From: a virus | Taxonomy: Duplodnaviria > Caudoviricetes | DNA: 42,815 nt | Reading direction: 5' to 3' (one strand) | IMG/VR virus record: IMGVR_UViG_3300036856_000065 | Span: 1-42,815 of that record | Part shown: positions 7,433 to 16,450 of the stretch, piece by piece | Layout: each line of letters starts with the position of its first letter | How positions within the stretch are numbered: the first letter of the stretch is position 1 | Made by a program: the position numbers and the translations under genes | The notes under the pieces: model-generated | What the model was told of the DNA's origin: nothing | Databases searched by the model: none | The model's input: only the letters and a program-made list of their open reading frames with translations

Positions 7433-10400
7433 TTACAGTATGCCTCTCTTTTGCATCCAGGAGGTCATGAACGAGTACATTTCTGGGTCTCGTTTCTCGA
7501 GCTCTTTCGGGTGCATCAGGCGGGCCGTGAACGATTCCGCGAAGTACTCCCGTTCATTCGTTGCGGCGTACCGGGTAATGGTCCGGTCGTGCTGCTTGGC
7601 CTTACCGTACAGCTCCGTGAGACGGTCGCCGCCGCCGCGGTAGGTCGAGCCGGGCCCGAAACGGATGCCCAGCCAGTGCTCCAGGTCGTCGATTTGCGTG
7701 CCGGGCTCCGGCAGGTCGTTGAAGTCGAACTGGTGGCCGGCCTCGTGTACGAAGGTGGCATAGGTCGCTTGCTCGGCGTTCGTTTGGTAACTGCCGGTCG
7801 TCCAATGCTCGTGTAGCTTCTTGCCCTTCTCGCGGAAGCCCTCGTACTCAGGGCCCCGGACCTGGATCTTTCCGCTTTCGGGATGCGCCAGGCCGATCGC
7901 CCGTTTGTATATCTCCGGATCCTGCCCCGGTTGCGGGGTCGGCTCCACGAACACCGAGCGCCCGACGGTCAGCTGCTTGACAATCCCGCGTTTCTCGAGC
8001 GCCGCCGCCAGCTTCGGATGGTCGCGGTGCAGCGCGGCGACGATGTTCCGGTGCTCCTCCTGCTCTGAGAGGTAGCCGCCGATTTCGGTCGGGCCGTTGA
8101 CGAACTGCTTTTCTTTTTTCGGGTTGGCAAAGACCTTCTGCTGGCTTTGCTGTATTTTGATCTTCTCGGCGCGCGCGTCGACCTTCTTGCGCAGGTCGCT
8201 GATTTCGTCTTCGAGGACGTAGTTCACAAAGCCGGCGGCCTTGGTCTCGGCGAGCTTTGCTTCCTTGCGGGCCAGCTCGCGCGATTGCGAGCCGTGCATG
8301 GCCTGGTTGAAGTTGAGCGAGTTGGTTACCGCTTCGTGGTGCTCGGCGAAGGTCGGCGCTTTCTTCGCTTCGCCCTCGTTCGACGAGCCGGAGCCGCCGC
8401 CGGCGGCGTTGGAGAACTCGCCGTTATCGGCGCGCGGATGGTCGCCTTCGTTCCACTCCTCGTCCGTCGTCAGTTTTTTTTTTAATGCGTCTGCGTCGGC
8501 CGTCTCCTTAGCGGGCGGTGCTCCCTTGTACAGCATGACCGTCGACGCTTTCTTGCCCTGCAGGATCTCTGCGGCCAACCGGTGATGCCCGTCGGTGATG
8601 TAGTACTGGCCTTCATGCGCCCAGATTTCCGGGAGCTTATCTGGACTCTGTGCTCTGTACTTATCCACAATGGCGGGGCTTAGCGTCTCTTGCGTGGCAA
8701 TCAGGGAGTGATTTGGAATCGTGGTCTTAACGGCGGCTCCCGATTTGATCAGCTCCGGAAACTGCACGTGAACCATCTTGGCCTGGTAATACGGAACATC
8801 GAAGTTGGGCGGGAAAGTAAACTCCGGCTGACTTTCTACCTTGCCGAACACTTCTGCAGTCTTTGAAGGGGAGCTGCCGCCGCCGCCGGCTGTAAACTCG
8901 CCGTTCTCGGCGCGCGGGTGATCGCCTTCGACGAAGTCGCCGTCGCGCGTCGGATTTTTGAGGTGCATCATGTCGACGCCGAGATCCGAGTGCTTTTTGA
9001 TCTCGATGAGCCCCTTGCGCAAGAGCGCCTCGCGCACGTGCCGGGCGTCTGAGCTGTAATTCGAATCGCCGTCCGGCTTCGAGACTAGAGGCCCGTCCTG
9101 CAGCGCCCGCAGATACATGGCCTGCCCGAGCCCCTTCCCGCGATGCTCGGCCGCGAGCTGGAAGTCGCTCACGCGCCGCAGGCCCGATTGAATACTCTGG
9201 AGTCTCTCAGGCCGATCGGCGAAGTGCTTCTGTAGTTCCTCATAGACGGCGCGCGTCGGCGCGTGCTCTTCTTCGACCAGCAAATAGTTGGACGAATCCG
9301 ATTGGCCGGGCAGCCCATAACTCGTTTTATGCTTGCCCTCGGCGTTCGTGTACTCACGCTTGGTGAAGCTGCCGCCGCCGCCCGCCGTAAACTCGCCTTC
9401 GTCGTTGCGCGGATGCTCGCCCTCAACGAAGTCGCCGTCGCGCGTCGGCTTCTTCTCGTCGTCGTCGCCTTCGCCGAACGGATCGCCCGGGCCCAGCTCG
9501 CCCGCCGCATCCGTATCGTCCGGCGCGGCCTCGATCGCTTCGTCGCTGATGTTCGAGAAGATACCCGTCACGCGCGACGACTGCCGCAGTTCCTTCATGG
9601 CCGTTTGCTGGCCAATGATGCCACTCGACACGGCGCTGGTAACCGCGCCGGTCACGCTGGTCGCGATGCCCGCCTTCTCGACGTCCGACAGCTGCCAGAG
9701 CGCGCGGAACGTGAAGTCCGAGCCCGGCGGATACGGTTTGCCAAATTTCGATTGATACGACACCTGCAGGATGAGGCCGATGCCCGAACGCAGCCGGCGC
9801 TCCTGCTGCTGCTCGATGCCGTCGTAATAGTTCCGCATGTCGCTCTCGCCGGTCGCGTTCATGCCCGAAGGCGCCTGGCCGAAGAGCCGCGTCAGCGGAA
9901 TGTCGAGCGCGCCCGATAGCTGCTGCGCGAATTGCAGCAGAACGACGTCCAGGCCGCCGAACGTGTAGGAGTGCGCCTCGAACTCGTCGTCTTTATCCAT
10001 GAGGGTCATGCCCTCGTTGCTCTGCGTTGTACGAATGAAGTTGATCTGCTTGACCAGGCCCTCGAGGGCCGGGCCGCCGGCGGCGAGGATGTCGCGCAAG
10101 CCATCGACTTTGTAGGTGCGCAGATGCGCTTTGTAGACGAGCTGCGCCGCGCCCTGCGTCGTCGAATCGAACGCCAGCAGGCGATCCCAGAGGCGCTCTA
10201 AAACCGATTGGCCCCACAGCATTTCGGCGATGCGCTGGAAGTACGGCAGATCCTGCCCGACCAGGCGCAGCACGCGCGAGTAATGAATGCGCGTGTTCGG
10301 CAGGCCCATCGACGGGCCGCCCGACGCCGAGCCGCCGGTCAGATCGTAGTACCGCGGCAGGCCCATGTCCGCGCCCAGCTCGGTGACGAGGTCGCTTAAG

Positions 10401-10885
10401 TCCGGCTGTACCATCCAGCGATCGAACACCAGCAGGCCTTTGAACTGGTTCTTGCCGACGGTCTCGATGCGCAGTGGCGTCGAGAAATCCTGTCCGTCGA
10501 TCAGCAGCACGGCGATCGCGCCGCCGTAGAGCCGCGACCACTTAATCGTGTCGGCGACGGCGTCCCAGATTTTGAGCGTCTTCCATTGCGCCATCAGCTC
10601 GTCGATCTGGCCCGGGTCCATTTCGGAGTTGATCTCGATGCCGCGCTTGGTCATATCTTCGGCGACCGAATCGACGGCCTTGCCGCAGATCCAGGACGAG
10701 CGATACATGGCCTCGACGCGCTGGCGATCGCGGCTCAGATAGTCGATGCGATACGTCGAGGCGTCGCCCTGGTTGCCGGTGCCGTACCCGACGCGCGCTT
10801 CAAAATTGGCGAACGAATCCTGCGTCATTTTCTTGACGCCGGCGTTCGGCCGCAGCGCCTTCGGCGAGCGAGTCTTTTGTTTCAT
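7433..10885 (-). CDS. portal protein (DUF1073) fused to GNAT-like, ParB-like and HExxH zinc-metallopeptidase domains
   Basis: N-terminal ~455 aa show portal motifs (YRSSWICGKAVDSVAEDMT, IPLTRLFGQAPSGMNATGESDMRNYYD); follows terL; C-terminal motifs HRGKGLGQAMY, ATQ...DGHHRLAA, HEAGH...YAATNEREYFAESF. Confidence 0.9.
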   Translation of the reverse strand: MKQKTRSPKALRPNAGVKKMTQDSFANFEARVGYGTGNQGDASTYRIDYLSRDRQRVEAMYRSSWICGKAVDSVAEDMTKRGIEINSEMDPGQIDELMAQWKTLKIWDAVADTIKWSRLYGGAIAVLLIDGQDFSTPLRIETVGKNQFKGLLVFDRWMVQPDLSDLVTELGADMGLPRYYDLTGGSASGGPSMGLPNTRIHYSRVLRLVGQDLPYFQRIAEMLWGQSVLERLWDRLLAFDSTTQGAAQLVYKAHLRTYKVDGLRDILAAGGPALEGLVKQINFIRTTQSNEGMTLMDKDDEFEAHSYTFGGLDVVLLQFAQQLSGALDIPLTRLFGQAPSGMNATGESDMRNYYDGIEQQQERRLRSGIGLILQVSYQSKFGKPYPPGSDFTFRALWQLSDVEKAGIATSVTGAVTSAVSSGIIGQQTAMKELRQSSRVTGIFSNISDEAIEAAPDDTDAAGELGPGDPFGEGDDDEKKPTRDGDFVEGEHPRNDEGEFTAGGGGSFTKREYTNAEGKHKTSYGLPGQSDSSNYLLVEEEHAPTRAVYEELQKHFADRPERLQSIQSGLRRVSDFQLAAEHRGKGLGQAMYLRALQDGPLVSKPDGDSNYSSDARHVREALLRKGLIEIKKHSDLGVDMMHLKNPTRDGDFVEGDHPRAENGEFTAGGGGSSPSKTAEVFGKVESQPEFTFPPNFDVPYYQAKMVHVQFPELIKSGAAVKTTIPNHSLIATQETLSPAIVDKYRAQSPDKLPEIWAHEGQYYITDGHHRLAAEILQGKKASTVMLYKGAPPAKETADADALKKKLTTDEEWNEGDHPRADNGEFSNAAGGGSGSSNEGEAKKAPTFAEHHEAVTNSLNFNQAMHGSQSRELARKEAKLAETKAAGFVNYVLEDEISDLRKKVDARAEKIKIQQSQQKVFANPKKEKQFVNGPTEIGGYLSEQEEHRNIVAALHRDHPKLAAALEKRGIVKQLTVGRSVFVEPTPQPGQDPEIYKRAIGLAHPESGKIQVRGPEYEGFREKGKKLHEHWTTGSYQTNAEQATYATFVHEAGHQFDFNDLPEPGTQIDDLEHWLGIRFGPGSTYRGGGDRLTELYGKAKQHDRTITRYAATNEREYFAESFTARLMHPKELEKRDPEMYSFMTSWMQKRGIL
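8390..9450 (-). repeat. three copies of an ~80-bp coding repeat (T-x-D...HPR..NGEF..GGG) at about 9368-9450, 8872-8955 and 8390-8473
   Basis: PTRDGDFVEGEHPRNDEGEFTAGGGG / PTRDGDFVEGDHPRAENGEFTAGGGG / LTTDEEWNEGDHPRADNGEFSNAAGGG. Confidence 0.9.
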
Positions 10886-10892
10886 TTAGTTT

Positions 10893-12128
10893 TCAGGAAG
10901 CCAGCCGGGCCCAGACGCTGTTCGCGCCGCGCCGCTGGATGTAGCCGTCAAGCGAATACCGGATGGCGTCCCAGCCGTGATTGTGTTTGTCGACGATGAT
11001 CGGCAGCACGTCGCCGGTCTTCGCATCGACCTTGTACTTATAGAGCCGTCGCTCTTGATCCATGTGCTTGCAGCGCTCGTGAATCACGATGCGCCGAAAG
11101 CCCTTCAAATGGCTGATGCCGTCCTCGACGCAGCCTTCCCATTTGTCGGCCGGCGAGATCTGAAATCCGCGCCGCCGCATATAGCTGATCGTCTCGGGCC
11201 GCGCCGCGTCGGCCTTGATCGGCCACTTGCGCGCGCCCGGCACGCTGTCGAACAACTGCGGCAGCTCATCGATTTCAACGCCGTGCCCGAACGCCTCGTA
11301 GTCGACAAAGAGGCATTCGTCTTTGATGAACGAACGTATGAGCGCCGTCGGATCCGCGGCGAAGCCCCAGTCCGCGCCGAAGAAGAAGCGCGCGTCGAGC
11401 GGCGTTTCGAACGCCTCGACCGCGGTGCGCTTGCCGAAGATCACGGCCTCCGTGAGCGTCTTCGGATTGCCGCCCCAGATGTGGTCGTACGCCTCGAGGT
11501 CGATCTCGCGCAGGTACCGGCGCTCTTTGTCGAGCGTGTCCGGAAACCACGGATTGTCTTCCCAGCCGACCTTGCGGACGAGCGCGTCGGGCGGCGGGGC
11601 CGTCACGAACCGCTTATAGGTCGGGTCGAGCTCGTCGGCCGGGTTAAACGAAATCCAGATCTCGCTGCCCTCTTTCCGGACAGTCGGGATCAGCACTTCC
11701 CACGAATCGTCGCTGACGCTCTGCGCCTCCTCGACCCAGCAGATGTCGAGGCCTTCGGTCGACTTGATTTCCTGAATCGACTTGCGCAGGCCCTTGAAGA
11801 TGAACTCGGAGCCGGTCGCGCTGGTGATCGACTTCTGCCGGATCGTGAACTTGCTCTGCAGCCCGAGATCCCAGATTTGATCGGTTAGCAGCCGGTGGAC
11901 CGAGTCGGCGATCGACGACTGAAACTCGCGGGCGCACAGGATGCGCAGTTCGCGCGCCGCCGCCAGCAGCACCAGCGCCCGGGCGATCGTCCAGGACTTC
12001 GCCGCGCCGCGGCCGCCGTAATAGACCTTGTAGCGCGCCGGCAGGAATAAGCCCTCGAAGGGCTCCGGCAGATCAATGCTAGGCTGCCTCTTCTTCCGGC
12101 GGTCGTTTCCGCGAGACGAAGTTGACAT
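10893..12128 (-). CDS. terL: terminase large subunit, PBSX family
   Basis: YGGRGAAKS Walker A, CAREFQ.SI.DS, WVEEA Walker [18 protein letters not shown]. Confidence 0.95.
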   Translation of the reverse strand: MSTSSRGNDRRKKRQPSIDLPEPFEGLFLPARYKVYYGGRGAAKSWTIARALVLLAAARELRILCAREFQSSIADSVHRLLTDQIWDLGLQSKFTIRQKSITSATGSEFIFKGLRKSIQEIKSTEGLDICWVEEAQSVSDDSWEVLIPTVRKEGSEIWISFNPADELDPTYKRFVTAPPPDALVRKVGWEDNPWFPDTLDKERRYLREIDLEAYDHIWGGNPKTLTEAVIFGKRTAVEAFETPLDARFFFGADWGFAADPTALIRSFIKDECLFVDYEAFGHGVEIDELPQLFDSVPGARKWPIKADAARPETISYMRRRGFQISPADKWEGCVEDGISHLKGFRRIVIHERCKHMDQERRLYKYKVDAKTGDVLPIIVDKHNHGWDAIRYSLDGYIQRRGANSVWARLAS

Positions 12129-12462
12129 GGATCTTAGTGGGTGCGCCGCCTTCGATCGAGCCGGAGTGGTCGATCTTGTCCTGCTGGCCGAGGCGTTGTT
12201 TGCCGAGCCAGATCAGCATCGTGCGGTCGCCCTCGAGCGCCATTGTCAATTGCTTACGGCGCAGCGAGATGTTGGCGCGCGCGACGCCGCGTTCGACCAC
12301 GGCGCGGAACTCTTCTTTCTGCCGCCGCATCTCGATCAGGCGTTCGGAGACGCCGAAGTGCGCCGCGATTTCTCGGTTCGTGCAGCCCAGCTCCGCGAGC
12401 GACTCGAGCTTGTCGAGATTGATCTCAGCGGGCGGCCGGCCGCGTTTCTTTTCTTCGCTCAT
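12079..12462 (-). CDS. terS: terminase small subunit (HTH)
   Basis: [38 protein letters not shown]; directly upstream of terL. Confidence 0.8.
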   Translation of the reverse strand: MSEEKKRGRPPAEINLDKLESLAELGCTNREIAAHFGVSERLIEMRRQKEEFRAVVERGVARANISLRRKQLTMALEGDRTMLIWLGKQRLGQQDKIDHSGSIEGGAPTKIHVNFVSRKRPPEEEAA

Positions 12463-12473
12463 TGCGATGTTCC

Positions 12474-12656
12474 CTAATTGCCGCCGAAAGGCGCCTGCGG
12501 CGGCCCGAGCAGCTCGGCGGCCGTGACCAGGCTGAAGTGGATGCAGAGCGCCACGATCGCGCCGAGGGCCAGCAGCGTAGCGAACGCCAGCAGCAGCCGG
12601 CCGGGCAGCGCGCCGCGCCACTCCATGAATCGGTAATACCTGTCCAGCACTTTCAT
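12474..12656 (-). CDS. small membrane protein
   Basis: 60 aa with one long hydrophobic helix. Confidence 0.5.
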   Translation of the reverse strand: MKVLDRYYRFMEWRGALPGRLLLAFATLLALGAIVALCIHFSLVTAAELLGPPQAPFGGN

Positions 12657-12781
12657 CAGTCTGCGCCTTCGGGTACGGCGAGCGACTCGTCTTCCGGCTC
12701 GGCCTGCGGGCCGCGCACGCTGCCGTAGGCGTCCACGTGGAAGCAGCGCAGCAGGCGCAGGAGGAAGGTGACCAAGTCCAT
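12656..12781 (-). CDS. small hypothetical protein
   Basis: MDLVTFLLRLLRCFH...; TGATG-coupled to the next gene. Confidence 0.4.
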   Translation of the reverse strand: MDLVTFLLRLLRCFHVDAYGSVRGPQAEPEDESLAVPEGAD

Positions 12782-12843
12782 AAAGGGAGAGAAGCTCGCG
12801 CTTGTTACTGTCCTTACTTTTCGAGCGGACCTAAGAGCCAAAT

Positions 12844-12884
12844 CGCTTGCAGCGTTCTAAGCGTTGAGTGATGAATGGTTCACC
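12844..12884 (+). promoter_or_regulatory. degenerate copy A of the cassette-heading repeat
   Basis: cgcTTGCagcgttctaagcgttGAGTGATGAATG keeps the same spacing as copies B-E. Confidence 0.6.
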
Positions 12885-12916
12885 GGCGCAGCCCGGTAGA
12901 AACGGAAACCACAAAA

Positions 12917-13648
12917 ATGAAAGCCTTCACGATCACGCCGGACCTGAACATCACGGCGTACGCCACACGCCAACAGGCGATTGCCAGCGGGCACGCCTCC
13001 TTCGGCAGCAGCGACGAGCTCGACAGCCTACTAACCTCGCTCAACATCAAGCCGGTGGCCCTTTGGAATACCCTGCCCGGCCTGACGCCGGTCAAGAAAT
13101 TTATGGACCGCAAAACCGGGATCGCCCGGATTTGGAAGCAACTCCAAGGCCTCGAAGCGATACCCGAGCCGGTCGCCGAGCCGGTCGCCGAGGAAGCGGA
13201 ACGGCGGCAGACGATGAAGGCCCTGGCGAAGAGCGACCGCGCCAAGCGCAAGGCGCACAAAGCGCAGAAAGCCGCCGAGAAGCTGGAGATGCGCCGCGCC
13301 GCCGGCACCAGCCGCACGGACGTGGTTGCGAACCGCAAACGCGAGGCGAACCGCAAACGCGAGGCCAACGTTGCGCCAGAAACGGCGCACACGCCGCGCG
13401 AGGGCTCGAAGCAGGCCCAGGTAGTCGAACTCCTGAAACGGGCGGAAGGGGCGACGCTCGACGAGCTCATGACCCTGATGGGCTGGCAGCGCCACACGGT
13501 GCGCGGCTTCATCGCCGGCGCGGCCACCAAGAAGCTCGGCCTCAACATCGAAAGCTTCAAAAACGCGGACGGCGCACGAACCTACCGCGTCGTAACCGAG
13601 TGGGCCGCCGGAATGCGCGACGAGGATCCGGCACCAGGAGTCGCGTAA
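12917..13648 (+). CDS. DUF3489 domain winged-helix protein
   Basis: PREGSKQAQVVELLKRAEGATLDELMTLMGWQRHTVRGFIAG. Confidence 0.85.
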   Translation: MKAFTITPDLNITAYATRQQAIASGHASFGSSDELDSLLTSLNIKPVALWNTLPGLTPVKKFMDRKTGIARIWKQLQGLEAIPEPVAEPVAEEAERRQTMKALAKSDRAKRKAHKAQKAAEKLEMRRAAGTSRTDVVANRKREANRKREANVAPETAHTPREGSKQAQVVELLKRAEGATLDELMTLMGWQRHTVRGFIAGAATKKLGLNIESFKNADGARTYRVVTEWAAGMRDEDPAPGVA

Positions 13649-13677
13649 GCGACTGCCCTTCCCCGAAGGAGAGGATT

Positions 13678-14010
13678 ATGCGAAACACGATCCAAGAATG
13701 CAGCGAGTGCCGCGCCGGGACGCGCGGCACCTGCCACGAAGAAGCGCTCTGCGACCACCATAAGGTCATCGTGCGCCCGCTGCAGGCCCGCGTGAGCCCG
13801 CCCAGACGCGACGGCTACCACCGCTGCGTCGAGTGCGCCTGGTACGAAGGGCGGCCGCACACGGCGCAGGAAATCAAGGTCTACCTGCACAACGCGCTGT
13901 TCTGGTCGGCGCTGGCGGGCTGGGACCAAGTCGCCTGGAATGGCAAGCCGAACCTGCTCGACCTGCTGCGCGGCATGCGGGCCGCGGCGCGCGCGGAGCT
14001 GGCAGCATGA
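13678..14010 (+). CDS. hypothetical Cys/His-rich protein
   Basis: aggagagg RBS; CSEC, CDHH, CVEC. Confidence 0.65.
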   Translation: MRNTIQECSECRAGTRGTCHEEALCDHHKVIVRPLQARVSPPRRDGYHRCVECAWYEGRPHTAQEIKVYLHNALFWSALAGWDQVAWNGKPNLLDLLRGMRAAARAELAA

Positions 14011-14189
14011 CCGGGGTCAACTGCCTGTACCCGGGCTGCGACGAACCGGCCGTCGCCGACTGCGATTGCTGCCCGGATCACCCATACTTCTGCGAAGAGC
14101 ACGGCGTGCCGAGCCGGGACCGCGAGACGGAATATGGCCCGGTGGCGTACCCTTCCCAGTGCTGGCGCTGCGGCGGCTATGACGGCTGA
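14007..14189 (+). CDS. small Zn-finger protein
   Basis: CLYPGC..CDCC...FCEEH...CWRCGG; ATGA overlap. Confidence 0.65.
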   Translation: MTGVNCLYPGCDEPAVADCDCCPDHPYFCEEHGVPSRDRETEYGPVAYPSQCWRCGGYDG

Positions 14190-14259
14190 AAGATTCTCAA
14201 AAGATAATCGCCCCGGGCGCTTGCCTTCCTAAGCGCCCGGAGTGATGAATGTGATCACG

Positions 14260-14484
14260 ATGAACACGCAAAACAAACAGAAAAACGCCGCCGGCAGCCG
14301 CTTCCTGAAAGGCGTCAAGCTGACGATGAACGCAAAGATTTACGCCCGGACGCGCACGCTTCTTAACAGCGAGGGCCAGGAGGCCGCGATCGCGTACCTG
14401 CAGCGGTTTTTCAACAAGCCGATTACCGCGGCGACCTTCGAAGAGCAAGAGATTCTGCAGCTCGGAAACGAGGCCGCGAAGTGA
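14260..14484 (+). CDS. cassette ORF, hypothetical
   Basis: ATG at the end of repeat B. Confidence 0.7.
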   Translation: MNTQNKQKNAAGSRFLKGVKLTMNAKIYARTRTLLNSEGQEAAIAYLQRFFNKPITAATFEEQEILQLGNEAAK

Positions 14485-14678
14485 GCGACGAGCGGCCCGG
14501 CCGCTTTCGGGTGATCGACGAACGCAACGGGCGCGAGCTGACCAGCGGCACGCGCGACGAATGCGCGGAGTTCCTCGAAGAGATGGGCGACGGCGTGCTG
14601 GAAGAGCTGGTTTGGCACGGTCGCGACGACCTGACGCCGGGCCACTGGGAGCGGGTTTCGCCGCTCAAAGATTTCTGA
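14481..14678 (+). CDS. cassette ORF, small acidic hypothetical protein
   Basis: GTGA-coupled to the previous ORF; stop abuts repeat C. Confidence 0.65.
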   Translation: MSDERPGRFRVIDERNGRELTSGTRDECAEFLEEMGDGVLEELVWHGRDDLTPGHWERVSPLKDF

Positions 14679-14767
14679 AAGATAATCGCCCGGGCGCTTG
14701 CCTTCGTAAGCGCTCAGAGTGATTAATGTGATCACGCCCCAGCGGCGCATACAAGGAGACAACGAAA

Positions 14768-15007
14768 ATGAAACCGACCTTCGATAAAACAACGACCCCG
14801 GCCCGCTCGGAGCGCAAAGCGTACCGCATCTGGATCATGACGCTGCACCGCGGCGGCGAGACGATGGACCTGCACCTCTCAGGCACTTTCGCGCAGGCCA
14901 AAGCCGACGCGATGGAGGAAGCCCGCTCGCTCGATTGCGAGCAGGTTTCGCTCGCGGGCAGCGCCGCCGCCGACGAACAGCCGGCGCGCTTTTTGAACGC
15001 CGCGTAG
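14768..15007 (+). CDS. cassette ORF, hypothetical
   Basis: aaggag RBS after repeat C; stop just before repeat D. Confidence 0.7.
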   Translation: MKPTFDKTTTPARSERKAYRIWIMTLHRGGETMDLHLSGTFAQAKADAMEEARSLDCEQVSLAGSAAADEQPARFLNAA

Positions 15008-15073
15008 AGGCTGAAAAATAATCGCCCGGGCCGCTTGCCTTCCTAAGCGCCCGGAGTGATGAATGTGATCACC

Positions 15074-15421
15074 ATGCAGATGCAAACCTTCCCACAACCA
15101 GCCGCGCGGTTCCTAGTGCGCGGCCTCGACAACGACGGCCGTGAGGCCTTTTACACGGGCAGGGCCGGCGACGGCTGGCTCGGCGCGAAGGCCGAGGCGT
15201 TCGGCTACCAGACGCTCGACGGCGCGCGTAACCGCGCGACCGGCTTGAATCGCCACAGCGAGCTTCACGGCTGGCGCTTCATCGCGGTGCCGGCGGAGGC
15301 CGCGCCTTCGAAGATGTACCTCACGCCGGCCGAGGCCGAGGCGGCAGGCCTGCCGAGCGCCGACGAGCAGATCGCGCGCTGGAACCGGCTGCAAGAGCAG
15401 ATCCGCGCGGAGGGCAAATAA
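15074..15421 (+). CDS. cassette ORF, hypothetical
   Basis: ATG at the end of repeat D; FYTGRAGDGWLG. Confidence 0.7.
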   Translation: MQMQTFPQPAARFLVRGLDNDGREAFYTGRAGDGWLGAKAEAFGYQTLDGARNRATGLNRHSELHGWRFIAVPAEAAPSKMYLTPAEAEAAGLPSADEQIARWNRLQEQIRAEGK

Positions 15422-15485
15422 ACAATCTTTTCTTTCGCCCGGGCGCTTGCCTTCCTAAGCGCCCGGAGTGATGAATGTGATCACG

Positions 15486-15773
15486 ATGCCAAACGCAAGA
15501 ACAGCAAAACGGAACTACCTGCCGACCACCACCGTAACCCCCGGGTTCGCCTGCAAGATCGAAGAGGATACCGACCTCGGGTCGGCCTTCCTGATCGCCG
15601 AATACACCGGCGGCGGCGGCTACTTTCCCGTAAGCACCTGCTCAACGGTCAGCGAAGGCCGCGAGATCGCCGCCAGCTGGCACAGCGGCGAGCCGCGCCC
15701 GGCCCTGACCTTCAAGATTTGGGCCCGCGGGCTCAACGGCGCGATGGCCCTCGCCGCGAGCTTTTCGGTCTAG
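15486..15773 (+). CDS. cassette ORF, hypothetical
   Basis: ATG at the end of repeat E. Confidence 0.7.
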   Translation: MPNARTAKRNYLPTTTVTPGFACKIEEDTDLGSAFLIAEYTGGGGYFPVSTCSTVSEGREIAASWHSGEPRPALTFKIWARGLNGAMALAASFSV

Positions 15774-16450
15774 TCGGGCCGGCGCAGGATCGCGAGCGAC
15801 TGGCCGACCTGCGAGGCCGCGCCCGGCTGGATCGCCTCGATGCCGAGGTCCAGCCAGCGCGCCCATTTCCGCACGGTCGACGGCTCGATGAACATATTCA
15901 GGTGCGGGCCGCTTTCTCGTTGGCGGGCGCGTTTCACCATATCGTCAAAGATGGGCCGGTTTTCGTCGAGATCGAGAAACGAGAACACGATCCGGCCGCC
16001 GGGCGCAAGCACGCGACGCGACTCCTCCAAGTAGCAGTAGGTCTCTTCGTGGAGCAGGTGCGTAAACAGGCTGAACGCGCAGACGAAGTCGACCGAATCG
16101 CTCGGCAGCGGCAGCGAGAGCGTGCGGTTCAACACGAACCGAAAGCTGGCCGGCGCTTGCTCGCGCGCGAAGCCGAGCAAGTCCTCGACGATGTCGATTC
16201 CCGTATAGCGCAGCTGCGGAAAGCGCAGCGCGAGGTGTTTCGCTGTGCGGCCGCTGCCGCAACCCAGGTCGACCAGCGCCATGCGGTTGGTCAGCCCCAG
16301 CGCCGTCAACGCGCGCGCCTGAGCGTCTCCGATTAGGTCATAGTCCGAATCGCCGCCGACCGCCAGGCGCATCGCCCGGTCGCGGGGATAGCGCGTTTGG
16401 AGCGCAGCAACGTGCGCCACGTATTCGGCAACGAAGTGAAATTCTTCCAT
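15770..16450 (-). CDS. class I SAM-dependent methyltransferase (not a typical DNA MTase)
   Basis: LVDLGCGSGR, YTGIDI, DFVCAFSLFTHL, RVLAPGG. Confidence 0.9.
   Translation of the reverse strand: MEEFHFVAEYVAHVAALQTRYPRDRAMRLAVGGDSDYDLIGDAQARALTALGLTNRMALVDLGCGSGRTAKHLALRFPQLRYTGIDIVEDLLGFAREQAPASFRFVLNRTLSLPLPSDSVDFVCAFSLFTHLLHEETYCYLEESRRVLAPGGRIVFSFLDLDENRPIFDDMVKRARQRESGPHLNMFIEPSTVRKWARWLDLGIEAIQPGAASQVGQSLAILRRPD

Larger units (their letters stand above)
14199..15488 (+). repeat. four near-identical ~55-65 bp intergenic repeats (B 14199-14262, C 14678-14736, D 15014-15076, E 15435-15488)
   Basis: tcgcccgggcgcttgccttcctaagcgcccggagtgatgaatgtgatcac(g/c)atg; contains the inverted repeat ccgggcgctt/aagcgcccgg and the palindrome gtgatcac. 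Confidence 0.95.

Noticed and set aside
13328-13365. 18-bp tandem duplication (ANRKRE twice); also NGYTN and EP repeats at about 21985-22070
   Set aside because: Ordinary in-frame slippage in low-complexity linkers
12868-14010. 380-aa plus-strand ORF
   Set aside because: The first ~270 codons are an off-frame overlap of the DUF3489 gene; only the part from 13678, which has an RBS, looks real
14199-15488. Repeats read as a CRISPR array or integron attC sites
   Set aside because: The intervals are 300-400 bp coding ORFs, there are no cas genes, and I see no RYYYAAC/GTTRRRY attC ends or integron integrase
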